From a virus (Duplodnaviria > Caudoviricetes): a DNA stretch of 64,000 bases. This document shows, in pieces, positions 37,993 through 48,082 of the stretch. Below the pieces are notes generated by a model. The model ran no database searches and was not told the origin of the DNA. It saw nothing but the letters and a program-made list of their open reading frames with translations. A program made the translations under genes and the position numbers. The stretch lies in the IMG/VR virus record IMGVR_UViG_3300028832_000096. One strand, 5' to 3'. How positions within the stretch are numbered: position 1 is the stretch's first letter; every line of letters starts with the position of its first letter.

Positions 37993-38736
37993 TTATTCTT
38001 CTTCCTCATCAAGCGGAGCTAAACAGTGTGTTCCAAGTGCAACGCAATTCCCAGTTGGAAGCGACTGCGTAGATAATAATGTTACAGTAGAACACTCTTT
38101 TAAAGTATCTGTCGAAAATGCTCTCATACCGCCATTTACAAAGAAAGCCTCGTTCGTAAAATCAATAGTTCCTGCTGTTGCTACATAAGGGAACATGTTT
38201 GTATAAGTGTAAGGGATTCTAGAAGTGTCGGCTAAATCCTCAAAAACTAAAGACGAGATATCTGCAACCTCATTAGTAACTTCAGCAGCGACAGTTGCTA
38301 ATTCCTTGTATCCGAGCAGAATCTTAGAGTCGGAAGTCAGGAGCTTAACTAATTCTATGCCAGCATGATTTTGATTAAGGTCATTTATAGCTATATATAA
38401 ACATTTTGAATCAACATAAGAATTAATGACCACATCATTGTATTGTGTATAACCACGGTTTGCTGGTGATATGAGGTATGTACCACCCTTCTTTAGATAT
38501 GTGGTACTCCTTGTTACGTCTGAAGTCCAGTATCCGAAAAATCCAGAAATCTCTGTGCCAGGGAAAGAAAACGCCGTACCGATATAAGTGTTCGAGATTA
38601 AAGACTCGGTTACAGTTTCCGCAGAAATTATAGGATTTGCAGGTTCTGGATTTAAGTTATTCAGATAAGCAGTTATGCTAGCAACTCGCTGAGATACATC
38701 TGTAGTAGTAATTAAACCTCTATTATAGACTCCCAT
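37993..38736 (-). CDS. tail-associated protein, paralogue family B
   Basis: MFPYVATAGTIDF...LKECSTV. Confidence 0.65.
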   Translation of the reverse strand: MGVYNRGLITTTDVSQRVASITAYLNNLNPEPANPIISAETVTESLISNTYIGTAFSFPGTEISGFFGYWTSDVTRSTTYLKKGGTYLISPANRGYTQYNDVVINSYVDSKCLYIAINDLNQNHAGIELVKLLTSDSKILLGYKELATVAAEVTNEVADISSLVFEDLADTSRIPYTYTNMFPYVATAGTIDFTNEAFFVNGGMRAFSTDTLKECSTVTLLSTQSLPTGNCVALGTHCLAPLDEEEE

Positions 38737-38738
38737 AA

Positions 38739-39053
38739 TCAACCTCCATTATCCACATTCGCTGTATGAACGATAACTTCATGCGCATTAGGATTAGGTG
38801 ATAACGGTACATTAAAAGTCTGACCAATAGACATCAGATTAACTATCTCATCAATAGCATCCTGATAGTTGCGAGCATTTAACTTAGATGTTTTATTATC
38901 GTATGCATTAAAAGCATCGGGGTGGACTTTTACCGTTTGCATACCTGTCTGATATGAATCAGAAAAATGCACTAAGGGCACATAATCCTGATTTTTTGCT
39001 GTTGTTTGAGATTCAGGTAAATTACTTATTGAAATAGGAGATAAATCATCCAT
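38739..39053 (-). CDS. short fibre adaptor, paralogue family A
   Basis: ISNLP...DYVPLVHFSDSYQTG...QDAIDEI. Confidence 0.65.
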   Translation of the reverse strand: MDDLSPISISNLPESQTTAKNQDYVPLVHFSDSYQTGMQTVKVHPDAFNAYDNKTSKLNARNYQDAIDEIVNLMSIGQTFNVPLSPNPNAHEVIVHTANVDNGG

Positions 39054-39059
39054 AGCAGT

Positions 39060-39791
39060 TTATTCCTCCTCAGTAATTTCTACCATTGCATTTGATGCAA
39101 CGGCATAAAAAAGCCTACCGTCAGGCAAAGCTAACGATGAATAAGCAGGAACAATAGTACAAGATTTAAGGTCTTCAAGCTCAAAAACTTTTGCCTCTCC
39201 TGATTTGAATACCGCCTTTTCAACATATTCAAGATTTCCTGCTCCTGCCGAATATCCAAACATGCTTGCGTAATTGGCGCTTATTGTGCCATTGCGAAAT
39301 TCATTCAAAACCGTAGCCGAATTATTTGAAGTGATAAAATTGTTGTTGTTAGGCTGTTTGATTAGCATAATGCTTGCAGGTGCTTGTGATGTGCTCACAT
39401 CATCGTACTTACCTATCCACAGTATGAAAAAATTATCCGATTTTACAGATGTTATCAAGTATTTTCTTGTTGCCGATACCGTAGGCTTTTGACCTGTGTA
39501 CATATAAAACACACGACCTTCCGTGATTGCGGAAAAACGATAGGCTGAGGCGGCGGCATTGTTTGTTGCATCTCTATACATACGCAATCTTACATTGCCA
39601 AACCTAATGTAAAATTCTGCCTTGCTTGCACTTGTCAAGTCCGTGTACTGGTCTGCTACTGTTGTAGGGTCTCCATTTGCGTCTTCAAGTGTTGCTGTTG
39701 GGTATAATTCAAGAATGATATTGACAAGTCCTTGTATAAAATCAATCTCTGTCCCTGTATTAGTATATAAATATTGCTTAATCTCAGCCAT
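39060..39791 (-). CDS. tail-associated protein, paralogue family B
   Basis: MFGYSAGAGNLEY...LKSCTIV. Confidence 0.65.
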   Translation of the reverse strand: MAEIKQYLYTNTGTEIDFIQGLVNIILELYPTATLEDANGDPTTVADQYTDLTSASKAEFYIRFGNVRLRMYRDATNNAAASAYRFSAITEGRVFYMYTGQKPTVSATRKYLITSVKSDNFFILWIGKYDDVSTSQAPASIMLIKQPNNNNFITSNNSATVLNEFRNGTISANYASMFGYSAGAGNLEYVEKAVFKSGEAKVFELEDLKSCTIVPAYSSLALPDGRLFYAVASNAMVEITEEE

Positions 39792-39805
39792 GCTATATTA
39801 GCTCC

Positions 39806-40093
39806 TCACGAAGTTTCGTATGTGGTAGAAGTTATTTCAACTTCAGTAGCATGTAGACCATTACCATTTACCTTACCAGCTAATTCATCAATTGCATCTT
39901 GGAAAGTAGTAGCGCGCAGCTTTGATTTAGAATTGTTATAAACATTAAAAGTATTTGGATGAACTTTAACCGTTTCTTTTCCAGTTTGATAAGATTCTGA
40001 ATAATGTACTATAGGAAGATAATCCCTATTAGTATCTACGGATGATGCTTGAGGAAGTTCATTTATCTTAACATTATCTAATTCACTTGCCAT
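39806..40093 (-). CDS. short fibre adaptor, paralogue family A
   Basis: KINELP...DYLPIVHYSESYQTG...QDAIDEL. Confidence 0.65.
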   Translation of the reverse strand: MASELDNVKINELPQASSVDTNRDYLPIVHYSESYQTGKETVKVHPNTFNVYNNSKSKLRATTFQDAIDELAGKVNGNGLHATEVEITSTTYETS

Positions 40094-40104
40094 ATTTGTT
40101 TCCC

Positions 40105-41292
40105 TTAATCTGTTGTAATATTTCTATCATCTTCTGTCGTAAGCTGTTCATTTTCAGTAGTAATTAATCTTCTTGTAGGCTCTGAAGGAATAATTCGCTG
40201 ACCTACCTCAGTCATGATTCCATTGACCTTAGGTTTAGGGTCAACCGGTGTAGATTCTCTATTAGTATCAAGTGTGTCTACAGGGAGATGACCAATTTCA
40301 TTAAGTATCTCTTGCCCTCTAGGCTCACCACGAGGATTTGCAGCCGTAGGTTCTGTTCTGTAACTCTGCAAATCAACTGTCCTATTATAGATAAGGTTGT
40401 ATTTCGGGTCTTTTACATCTGTATCGACTATGGTATCTACCTCTAATCTGGGTCCATAACCCATACTGAAAATAGGTTTACTAAACAACGATTTAACAAT
40501 ATGCTCATTATTTGACATCTGTAATGAGTTAAGTGCTCTATAACCTGCATCAACTGTAGCTTCAGGCTCGATTTTAGAGTTTCTAGAATATACAGGTTTT
40601 CTTTTTGCATTAGCGTTAAGAAGTTGTTTATCCTCATTCTTCATCTTCTGCAACCTAGCATAATCTTCTCTACTATAGTGACCAACTCTTGTAGGTCCAA
40701 CAATTCCTGTAGCGTCTCCTGCTTTTGCTAATCTTGCATCAACAGAAATCTTTGTATTAGAATCAATCTTAACACCTGCGTACTGGAAACAATACATTCC
40801 AAGCGGTCTAACATACTCTATACAGGTGTCGATAGGCTTTTCATCAGTGAAGTATACTACATTGATATAGCCCTCTGCGACATTTGATTCTACATATACT
40901 GAATTGTTAGGAATTGAAGTATCCTCTAATCTATTATACAGAATTTCATTTTCAGCACCGTAGGCATTAATATCTTTCTGCTTAAGATTTACCTCAGCAG
41001 CAAGAGTAACACCTAATTGACTACCCTTATACTTTATCATCGACATGAAGTAAAGTAATACAAAGCGGTTAAATGCAGTACAAAGCCCTGCCCTATCGTC
41101 ATATTGATAACCCATTGTATCTCCGAGCATCCAAAGAAGTTGCTCAGGACATCTAAGTGGGTCATATAAATCAGACATATTTGCGTTGTCGTATTGTACT
41201 TTAGACAACGCGTAATCAAACCACTTTATGAAAAAGCGGAAATCAGCTGACTTTTTGTAAATTTCAGGAATTGATATATCTTTGATATTCAT
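40105..41292 (-). CDS. baseplate wedge protein (P2 gpI/T4 gp7-like)
   Basis: YDPLRCPEQLLWMLG...IKYKGS; lies downstream of the J-like gene. Confidence 0.7.
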   Translation of the reverse strand: MNIKDISIPEIYKKSADFRFFIKWFDYALSKVQYDNANMSDLYDPLRCPEQLLWMLGDTMGYQYDDRAGLCTAFNRFVLLYFMSMIKYKGSQLGVTLAAEVNLKQKDINAYGAENEILYNRLEDTSIPNNSVYVESNVAEGYINVVYFTDEKPIDTCIEYVRPLGMYCFQYAGVKIDSNTKISVDARLAKAGDATGIVGPTRVGHYSREDYARLQKMKNEDKQLLNANAKRKPVYSRNSKIEPEATVDAGYRALNSLQMSNNEHIVKSLFSKPIFSMGYGPRLEVDTIVDTDVKDPKYNLIYNRTVDLQSYRTEPTAANPRGEPRGQEILNEIGHLPVDTLDTNRESTPVDPKPKVNGIMTEVGQRIIPSEPTRRLITTENEQLTTEDDRNITTD

Positions 41293-41302
41293 GATAATTT
41301 AT

Positions 41303-41521
41303 TTAATCGACAATCTCAGAACCATAGCCATCTACGACATCTTCCCAAGCTGTCGAACCATTCCATTCGACTTTAGAATACCGATGTGTTGTATTATGAG
41401 GATTTCCATCCTTATCATATTCCATAAGTATAAAATAATCACCTTCCTCTGAAAGCTCTATATGGCCTCCATCTTTAAGTGTCGCCTTGTAAGTTTTACT
41501 TGCTTTTATGTATCTCTTCAT
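41303..41521 (-). CDS. leader-bearing small protein
   Basis: Starts MKRYIKAS. Confidence 0.75.
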   Translation of the reverse strand: MKRYIKASKTYKATLKDGGHIELSEEGDYFILMEYDKDGNPHNTTHRYSKVEWNGSTAWEDVVDGYGSEIVD

Positions 41522-41549
41522 AATTCAAATCTTCTTTATGTTAAACACA

Positions 41550-41957
41550 TCAAGTGCTTAACATATTATAAAGTTCTTCTGTTTCATACCTGTCATGAAT
41601 TAAATAACCGTCGTGTTTATCGCCGTCACCCATCGGACCTACAATTGCGTCATTTGGAAATTCATCTCTTACGAAATCTTCATCAACAGGGTCATAGCAA
41701 GGAGCATAGATAGGATTAGCCCAGATATGCTTTACAAATGTTGTAGGAAGATAAACAGGGTCGCCTAAACCATATACAACTACTTCGCCATCAAATGTAT
41801 CATCTTCAACTATATAGTCTTCATAGTTGCGAGCCTTCCAGTCGATACTCCTCCAAAGCTCCTTTTCTTCTTCAGTCCATTTACCTTTGAACTCAGGTTC
41901 CCAAGTATATGAAGCTTTTACATAACTCTTAGGATATACTCTGTTTGTCTTTTTCAT
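41550..41957 (-). CDS. leader-bearing protein
   Basis: Start corrected to MKKTNRVYPKSYVKAS (AAGGAG RBS). Confidence 0.75.
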   Translation of the reverse strand: MKKTNRVYPKSYVKASYTWEPEFKGKWTEEEKELWRSIDWKARNYEDYIVEDDTFDGEVVVYGLGDPVYLPTTFVKHIWANPIYAPCYDPVDEDFVRDEFPNDAIVGPMGDGDKHDGYLIHDRYETEELYNMLST

Positions 41958-41968
41958 ATCAATTCTCC

Positions 41969-43861
41969 TTATGACTGTATAATACACTCAGGTGCAATTC
42001 GTAATGCAGCTCCTGCGGTACTAGGTTCATTGTATCGTGCGAATGAAATATAATTAAAACATTCGGGGTCACAATCATGCCATTTAATAACTGGATTAGC
42101 AGGTGAACCTGCATCAAAATAGGTTATTCTATCATCACATTTCTGAATAACATTTACAATCTCCATTACTGTAGGCTTCTTGTTGAACTGCGAATTAGCT
42201 GGAGCAAAATAAAGTGCTAATGCTTCCTTTGCTTTATTGATAATAACAACGCCAACATCTTCTGTTACCGGTCTATTTGTATAAATCTGACCTACTACAT
42301 AGAAGTCAAATACACGACAGGAACCAAACTGCATTTCAACTGAAAGTGCTTGTAATGGCTTGAAGTCTGCAATGACGTTATCAATGAACATCTGCGGAGG
42401 TCTATATCTTGTGAAACTAGATGCATTTGAAATCTTAGCTACGTCAATCTGACCTTGTCCCCAGATATCATCTTGGAAATCATTGTGAATAGCGAAGCAC
42501 ATTGCTGTATATGTTTTGAAGTTAGTGTCGAATACAAACTTATTAGGCGATTTTTCATCAAACTCTAAACTTAATGCTTTAGCCCAATCAATTCCGGTTA
42601 CAGAACCTAATGCGAAATCTCTATTTGTGATATACATCTTTGACTTCTGACTTGCGGTTAAGTTCTTGTCGTTGTAAATTGCTAAGTTGATTTCAAGTGC
42701 TTTTTGACAATCAATAACTACTCCGCAATCTACACCAGCTTCTCTTCTCAAGAATCTCGTGTAGTCAGGAAGGGTAACAAGGCTGTCCCAAGTATTGATG
42801 TGGTCTCTACTGTTGAAATATGCTTCCTTAGCAGTTTCAGGAGAACGACCAGTTACTGTATAAGTATGCGGAAGTTCTACTGTGTTAGAAAGATTTGAAA
42901 GAAGGATTTCTCCTGCTTCATAACTCGGATTACCTGTTTTAGCAAAAATAAGATTCTCTAAGACATCAGTACCAACACAGCCAATTACTCCTGAACAATC
43001 AATCCAGAAGATAGTTAATACGTAACCGCTGTAGTTTGAAAGTTGATTCAGATAGTTAGAAATTGTAATCTGAGCATTTGAATAGTTATCATAAGTGACG
43101 CAATAACGAGGTTCTGATGTATTAAATTCTGCTACATTTGCAACCTGAATCCACTGCGTCCTGTCAAATGTGTTAGATGAAGATGATGTCTTACCTTTGA
43201 CCCAAACCGCTGTAGTATCTACATGCTGGGAAGGCAAGGTAATGATATAGTTATTTTTAACTACATCCTCGACTGATACTGAATAACTTCTGAGCTCACC
43301 CTCTATAGCAACACGAGTTACCGATTCACCGGATTTTAATGCAACAGCATCAGATTCTGCAAAGACATCAATATAATCAGTCAATACACTTCTTCTGCTT
43401 CTACTTTCATTGTTTCCGTAGCTACTTGTTAAAGGTAACAAGTTATAGGTAATTACTCGAGAAGTATTTGTAATATCTGTGTAGGCGTTAAGTGTGCAGA
43501 AGTTAGAGCCATTAAATCCAAAATCAAGATTCAATGTGTCTGAAGTATTGTTAGTGATTGTAACTTCTGTTCTTGCTGCAGTATAGAAACCTAAGTCGTA
43601 TCCGATGAGGCCAAATATCTTCTCAGCATCTTTCCTCTGCATTACCGAGGGCGCAAAAAGCTCATTAGCCAAGTAATCAGTATTGACGCCAATGATATCA
43701 GCTGCCGATGCTAATAACTTACCTAGAACTACACCAGGGTCAGCATCTGCTTCAGGTTTCCACAAATCTGTGAGTTTAGGAACTAATTCCCAAAACTCTT
43801 CCATTATAGATTGATAATCTCTACTTGTATAATTGATGAGACCACGGTTTGTATCTTCCAT
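41969..43861 (-). CDS. baseplate wedge protein (T4 gp6/baseplate J-like)
   Basis: NYTSRDYQSI...DPGVVL...GRSPET...LVTLPDY. Confidence 0.82.
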   Translation of the reverse strand: MEDTNRGLINYTSRDYQSIMEEFWELVPKLTDLWKPEADADPGVVLGKLLASAADIIGVNTDYLANELFAPSVMQRKDAEKIFGLIGYDLGFYTAARTEVTITNNTSDTLNLDFGFNGSNFCTLNAYTDITNTSRVITYNLLPLTSSYGNNESRSRRSVLTDYIDVFAESDAVALKSGESVTRVAIEGELRSYSVSVEDVVKNNYIITLPSQHVDTTAVWVKGKTSSSSNTFDRTQWIQVANVAEFNTSEPRYCVTYDNYSNAQITISNYLNQLSNYSGYVLTIFWIDCSGVIGCVGTDVLENLIFAKTGNPSYEAGEILLSNLSNTVELPHTYTVTGRSPETAKEAYFNSRDHINTWDSLVTLPDYTRFLRREAGVDCGVVIDCQKALEINLAIYNDKNLTASQKSKMYITNRDFALGSVTGIDWAKALSLEFDEKSPNKFVFDTNFKTYTAMCFAIHNDFQDDIWGQGQIDVAKISNASSFTRYRPPQMFIDNVIADFKPLQALSVEMQFGSCRVFDFYVVGQIYTNRPVTEDVGVVIINKAKEALALYFAPANSQFNKKPTVMEIVNVIQKCDDRITYFDAGSPANPVIKWHDCDPECFNYISFARYNEPSTAGAALRIAPECIIQS

Positions 43862-43906
43862 CGAAACTCTCCTATTATTAATATACGTACATAAATATAA
43901 AAAAGG

Positions 43907-44371
43907 TTACGTCTCTGAAATACTCCAACCAGAATAGTTAACTGTAAGCTTTGTTTCTGTAGGCATTACAGAATTCAAATCTATATTGAGTTCCTTGCCG
44001 AATGTAGTTTCCATAATTACTGTCATATTGATTTCATTAGCTTGTGTTGCACTATTTAAAGTGCTTGTATCACCAGTAACTAATAATCCATCAGTAAATG
44101 AGGTGTTTTCAGCAACTACATCAGGTTCATAATCACGTAACTGAGCTACAATTCTATCTTTTATTAAAGCTCTTTCATTTTCAGAATTATATTTCCATAA
44201 ATGACGTTTTAATCCTACACCAAATTTAATGTTGTTATATAACTCTGTAGGTTCTGTTAAGATGAGTAACCTAGAACGCGTAGTAACAGCTTTGAGGTCT
44301 TCATCTACTGCTACTTGATTGTTTGTCAAGTTAAACATATTTGGAAAAGATAATGAAGTTGTTTCAGCCAT
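43907..44371 (-). CDS. baseplate wedge subunit gp25-like
   Basis: LLILTEPTELYNNIKFGVGL...LRDYEP. Confidence 0.78.
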   Translation of the reverse strand: MAETTSLSFPNMFNLTNNQVAVDEDLKAVTTRSRLLILTEPTELYNNIKFGVGLKRHLWKYNSENERALIKDRIVAQLRDYEPDVVAENTSFTDGLLVTGDTSTLNSATQANEINMTVIMETTFGKELNIDLNSVMPTETKLTVNYSGWSISET

Positions 44372-44389
44372 TATATTTTAACCTCCTAG

Positions 44390-44683
44390 TTACGACAATG
44401 CTGCTCCCGCATTATATGACCCTCCAGTAAGTCCTAGAACTAACCAGGAAGATGAAGTGTCGTCTAAACTTGTCAGAGCCACGACCTCTCCATCACCTGG
44501 TAAGTATGGAAGAATAAGGGAAGGGTACCAAGGCAAATCATTATCACTCGTGTAATTCCGAATTGCTTTGCCCTTATAATCTGATATAAGGTAAGGTCCA
44601 TGAATATTTGGTATCCTCACTTGAATCAACAAAGTACCATCACCTGTATACCTTGTACCTTTTACATATCCATAAACTACCAT
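44390..44683 (-). CDS. gp5-N/OB-fold-like spike-associated protein
   Basis: IQVRIPNIHG...DLPWY...LPGDGEVV. Confidence 0.6.
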   Translation of the reverse strand: MVVYGYVKGTRYTGDGTLLIQVRIPNIHGPYLISDYKGKAIRNYTSDNDLPWYPSLILPYLPGDGEVVALTSLDDTSSSWLVLGLTGGSYNAGAALS

Positions 44684-45213
44684 TATTTGTTCTCCTTCAA
44701 TAAAGTTCTAGCAAGTTTGTGAAATTCGTCTAAACCATTATCAGATATACAATGCAAACATTGCAAGATAGTTGCTTCTGTTTCAGGGTTGAAATATCTC
44801 CCTTGCCTAACTTTAAAATAATATCTTAGTGGTTCATTTTGTGTCCATTTATCTGAAGAATAAACTTTACCGGCACCTATCCAATCACAAATCATCTCAA
44901 TAACATATTTCATCGGGATTTTATTTGCAATAATAGTACCATCATCTGCAAAGTCAGTCCAATATTCCCAATGATGTTTGTTATGACCTTTATGATGCAA
45001 CCACGCTTTAGAATATCCAATAGATTCTTTTTCTGCTTCAATAGGGCTTCTGGTTCCTTGGAAGTGTCGAGCAGATGATGCGAATTCTACCCAACTGAAT
45101 TTAGATAGGTCATGAATAAATCCTTGCCAACCAATTCCACAAGCCCTGCATTCTTTGAATACTTCTTTCTTGTGCTTGCATACTGTTTTTAAATGTTTTA
45201 AATAACAGTTCAT
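44683..45213 (-). CDS. HD-superfamily protein (DUF5662-like)
   Basis: HDLSKFS, AWLHHKGHNKHHWEYW and EMICDW motifs. Confidence 0.8.
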   Translation of the reverse strand: MNCYLKHLKTVCKHKKEVFKECRACGIGWQGFIHDLSKFSWVEFASSARHFQGTRSPIEAEKESIGYSKAWLHHKGHNKHHWEYWTDFADDGTIIANKIPMKYVIEMICDWIGAGKVYSSDKWTQNEPLRYYFKVRQGRYFNPETEATILQCLHCISDNGLDEFHKLARTLLKENK

Positions 45214-45223
45214 ACGCATTACC

Positions 45224-47065
45224 TCACTTTATATCTGATGAATACTTGCCGTAGTTAACTATGTTTAATACAGTCTGTCCTTTCCATCCACTAAGATTAA
45301 TAGGATAACATTCATTAGACTTAACGCCTGACGTAACTACCTTTGTATTTATAATTCTTATGCGGCCCCACTTAATAATGTTAATCTTTCCATCAGATTT
45401 CTTCTGACCCCAAACAGAACCTGCATTGTTATCAATATGGTCGCATATAATACACGAAATATATGAACCATTCTTTAACTGCGCTACAATTACATCACCG
45501 ATAGAACCATATTTAGGTCTAACTGCTACGCAATAATAAGTGCCTACAGTAGCAATTCCTCTGTTTTGAGGACAGCCTTGACTGTGCCACAACTTAGCTA
45601 ACTTCTGTTGAGCAGAACCGCTTGACCATTGTGAATACATATAAGAATAATTGAGATAATCATCCATTATGCCTGTCTGCTTGATGGAAGTAGAAATTAC
45701 TACATCTTTAACTCCGGTCAATTTTTTGCCATTGATATTTGTCATTGATGTAGGGTTGCCAACAATACTTGTTTTAGAAATTACTATATCTTTAAAAATT
45801 TCTTTAGCATATTTCTTTGCGTTAGATATAGCTGTTTTAGAATCTACATATTCATTGTATTCTGACATGATAAGTTCAGCGCTTTTTTCGGCACCTGCCG
45901 ATGTATTTGCTTGAGATTTGAGGTCAGGTATTAAATCAAAATTAGCTTCTAAATCATAAGCAAAGTAGGCTATCTGTCCTGATAAATCCTCTTTCCACAC
46001 ATTCTCATCATCAATGAATTCGTATAAATCATAGAGATGCGCTATGTCCCAAGCAGCAATTCCGTATAGATAGCTACCGTCCACCATACCATCACTTATA
46101 TAATCCGGCTTAAGTCCAGAATACGCTTTGAAACAAGCAGCAATTGCAGCTGCAGACGAAGCAGGTAAACCGCACTCATCAATAAAATAATCAACGCAGG
46201 TTTTAATATTGCCTTTCAGCTTGCTTGTATCTACTTTAGCTTGACCTGAAATGTAAGGCGGAAAATTATTATATAACTCGCCTAAAGCAGAAGTATAATT
46301 GATTATGGAAATTGCAATGTTTGAAGAACTATCTGACAAATTGTATTTACTATTTAAGTAACCTACTTGCCTTGCGGTCATATCATGCCTATCATTAGCA
46401 TCTTGATAGAGTGGACTTAATACATTTACAATAGTATCTTTTTCAACCTCTCCACTTTTATCTACTTTGCCGCCCGCAAGATAATAAGAAATATCATCAC
46501 CCAACTTTTCCCAAGCAGGTCTAGTATAACCATTTATAGAGCTGTGATTTGTTCTATATTTGCATCGCTTACATTTATTGGTATTTGAACCTGCATTACC
46601 TTCTATGGTATGTACCCACCAAGTGCCCGCCCTATCTTTAGCACAGTATTCTACAATACCTACGTGATAACCACTGCTTTTTCCATGATAACCTGAGTTA
46701 CCAAAAGAAATAACGTCGCCAGCAATAGGTTTAGGGCTTCCTCCACCATTGTAAGGTCCAGGTATCCAAGTGCCCCCATGATGTCTGATGCTTGCTATTA
46801 ATCCACCAACACCTGCTTTGATATCCATAAGATTCTTACTGTTATTTTTATTACCTGCGATTTTAGCTTTTTTAGCACAAGCAGATACTGTAAGCGCACA
46901 CCAAGCAGTAGGCCCGTATCCTGTTAATGAATATATTTCCTTTAACTTATCATTAGCAGCAACATTAGTTGTCTTTTTCTTGCCTTTTTTAACAGTCTTA
47001 TCTCGAGCCCCAATAAAATGTCTGGCTGCTTTTACAAATTTTTCTAAATGAGGAGCGCCTGCCAT
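45224..47065 (-). CDS. virion-associated peptidoglycan hydrolase: CHAP plus phage tail lysozyme-like domain
   Basis: AWCALTVS...HVGIV...TIEGN (CHAP), then AAAIAACF...YGIAAW. Confidence 0.78.
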   Translation of the reverse strand: MAGAPHLEKFVKAARHFIGARDKTVKKGKKKTTNVAANDKLKEIYSLTGYGPTAWCALTVSACAKKAKIAGNKNNSKNLMDIKAGVGGLIASIRHHGGTWIPGPYNGGGSPKPIAGDVISFGNSGYHGKSSGYHVGIVEYCAKDRAGTWWVHTIEGNAGSNTNKCKRCKYRTNHSSINGYTRPAWEKLGDDISYYLAGGKVDKSGEVEKDTIVNVLSPLYQDANDRHDMTARQVGYLNSKYNLSDSSSNIAISIINYTSALGELYNNFPPYISGQAKVDTSKLKGNIKTCVDYFIDECGLPASSAAAIAACFKAYSGLKPDYISDGMVDGSYLYGIAAWDIAHLYDLYEFIDDENVWKEDLSGQIAYFAYDLEANFDLIPDLKSQANTSAGAEKSAELIMSEYNEYVDSKTAISNAKKYAKEIFKDIVISKTSIVGNPTSMTNINGKKLTGVKDVVISTSIKQTGIMDDYLNYSYMYSQWSSGSAQQKLAKLWHSQGCPQNRGIATVGTYYCVAVRPKYGSIGDVIVAQLKNGSYISCIICDHIDNNAGSVWGQKKSDGKINIIKWGRIRIINTKVVTSGVKSNECYPINLSGWKGQTVLNIVNYGKYSSDIK

Positions 47066-47664
47066 TAGTCCGGTACCTCAAACATTGATGGTTGCAATAA
47101 CTCAGTATCAATCTTAGATACTTCTAAGGGGTCAATGCACCAAAGATAAAACTTATCTTTAAACTTATTCCAAGAAAATGTAGAGACCTTACTTGTTGGA
47201 ATATACAGACCACATCTATCTTTAAGGCCCCAAGAATCTAAGTATTTGTAATACCTAGTTAATATCTTATCTAATCCATCATTCTTAGCAGTTGTTTGCA
47301 AAGATAACCACAAACCAAACTGCGGTGAAAATCTAGATATAATGTAGTAAAGCGTTTTACATTCTTTATCTGCTTCAATTTCATTCTTAGCCCTTACATT
47401 TACATATAAAGCATAAGGTAGTCCTGCACTAGAGCATTGCGCTATCTGATTAGGCAAACTAGGGTTCATATATACTGTCTTCTCTTTATGAGAAGCATCA
47501 AAGTATTCGCCTGCGTAAAACATCATACCACATATCTTAGCTTCTCTAATTTCAGAATAGTTGATTTTAGGATTAGCTGTACCTAACACAGTTGCTAAAA
47601 ACGGCGTAGTGGTAGCGGTCTTTACCTTTTTCTGACCATCTGTAATTTTAGTTATTATTGCCAT
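47065..47664 (-). CDS. GH25-like TIM-barrel protein (possibly inactive)
   Basis: Start MAIITK; AGLPYALYVNVRAKNEIEADKEC pattern. Confidence 0.5.
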   Translation of the reverse strand: MAIITKITDGQKKVKTATTTPFLATVLGTANPKINYSEIREAKICGMMFYAGEYFDASHKEKTVYMNPSLPNQIAQCSSAGLPYALYVNVRAKNEIEADKECKTLYYIISRFSPQFGLWLSLQTTAKNDGLDKILTRYYKYLDSWGLKDRCGLYIPTSKVSTFSWNKFKDKFYLWCIDPLEVSKIDTELLQPSMFEVPD

Positions 47665-48082
47665 ACGCCGCAGGAACCTCAGGTGCAAATATAATTGGAG
47701 AAGGGTCATGCTTGTATTTTTGTTCTGACGATATCCTTACAGGAAAATCAGATTCTTCTCCTGTGCAGTATTCTAACCGCATTACTCCTTTGTAAGAGTA
47801 TCCGATATGAGTTTGCAATGTTACTTCATCTAATTCCTTTACTTTAACTGCACTGAGATTGCAGTATCTAATCCACTGCCAATCGTCAAGCTTTACAGTT
47901 ACAGTCCATCTAGCATTTTTAGGGTCTTGCTCTATAGATATTACAGTACCAATGCTAATACTATATACAGATTGTGTTTTTATGAAACAACCTGCAGTAT
48001 ATTGACTGCTTCCTGAAAAGCCTTGGTCTATAACAGAAGCATCTACTTCTGACCCTGTTAATATAGATAAAACTAAATTCAT
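47648..48082 (-). CDS. degenerate M23 peptidase-like protein
   Basis: VYSISIGTVI...IRYCNL...IG...DP fold pattern without the Zn-binding histidines. Confidence 0.5.
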   Translation of the reverse strand: MNLVLSILTGSEVDASVIDQGFSGSSQYTAGCFIKTQSVYSISIGTVISIEQDPKNARWTVTVKLDDWQWIRYCNLSAVKVKELDEVTLQTHIGYSYKGVMRLEYCTGEESDFPVRISSEQKYKHDPSPIIFAPEVPAAYGNNN

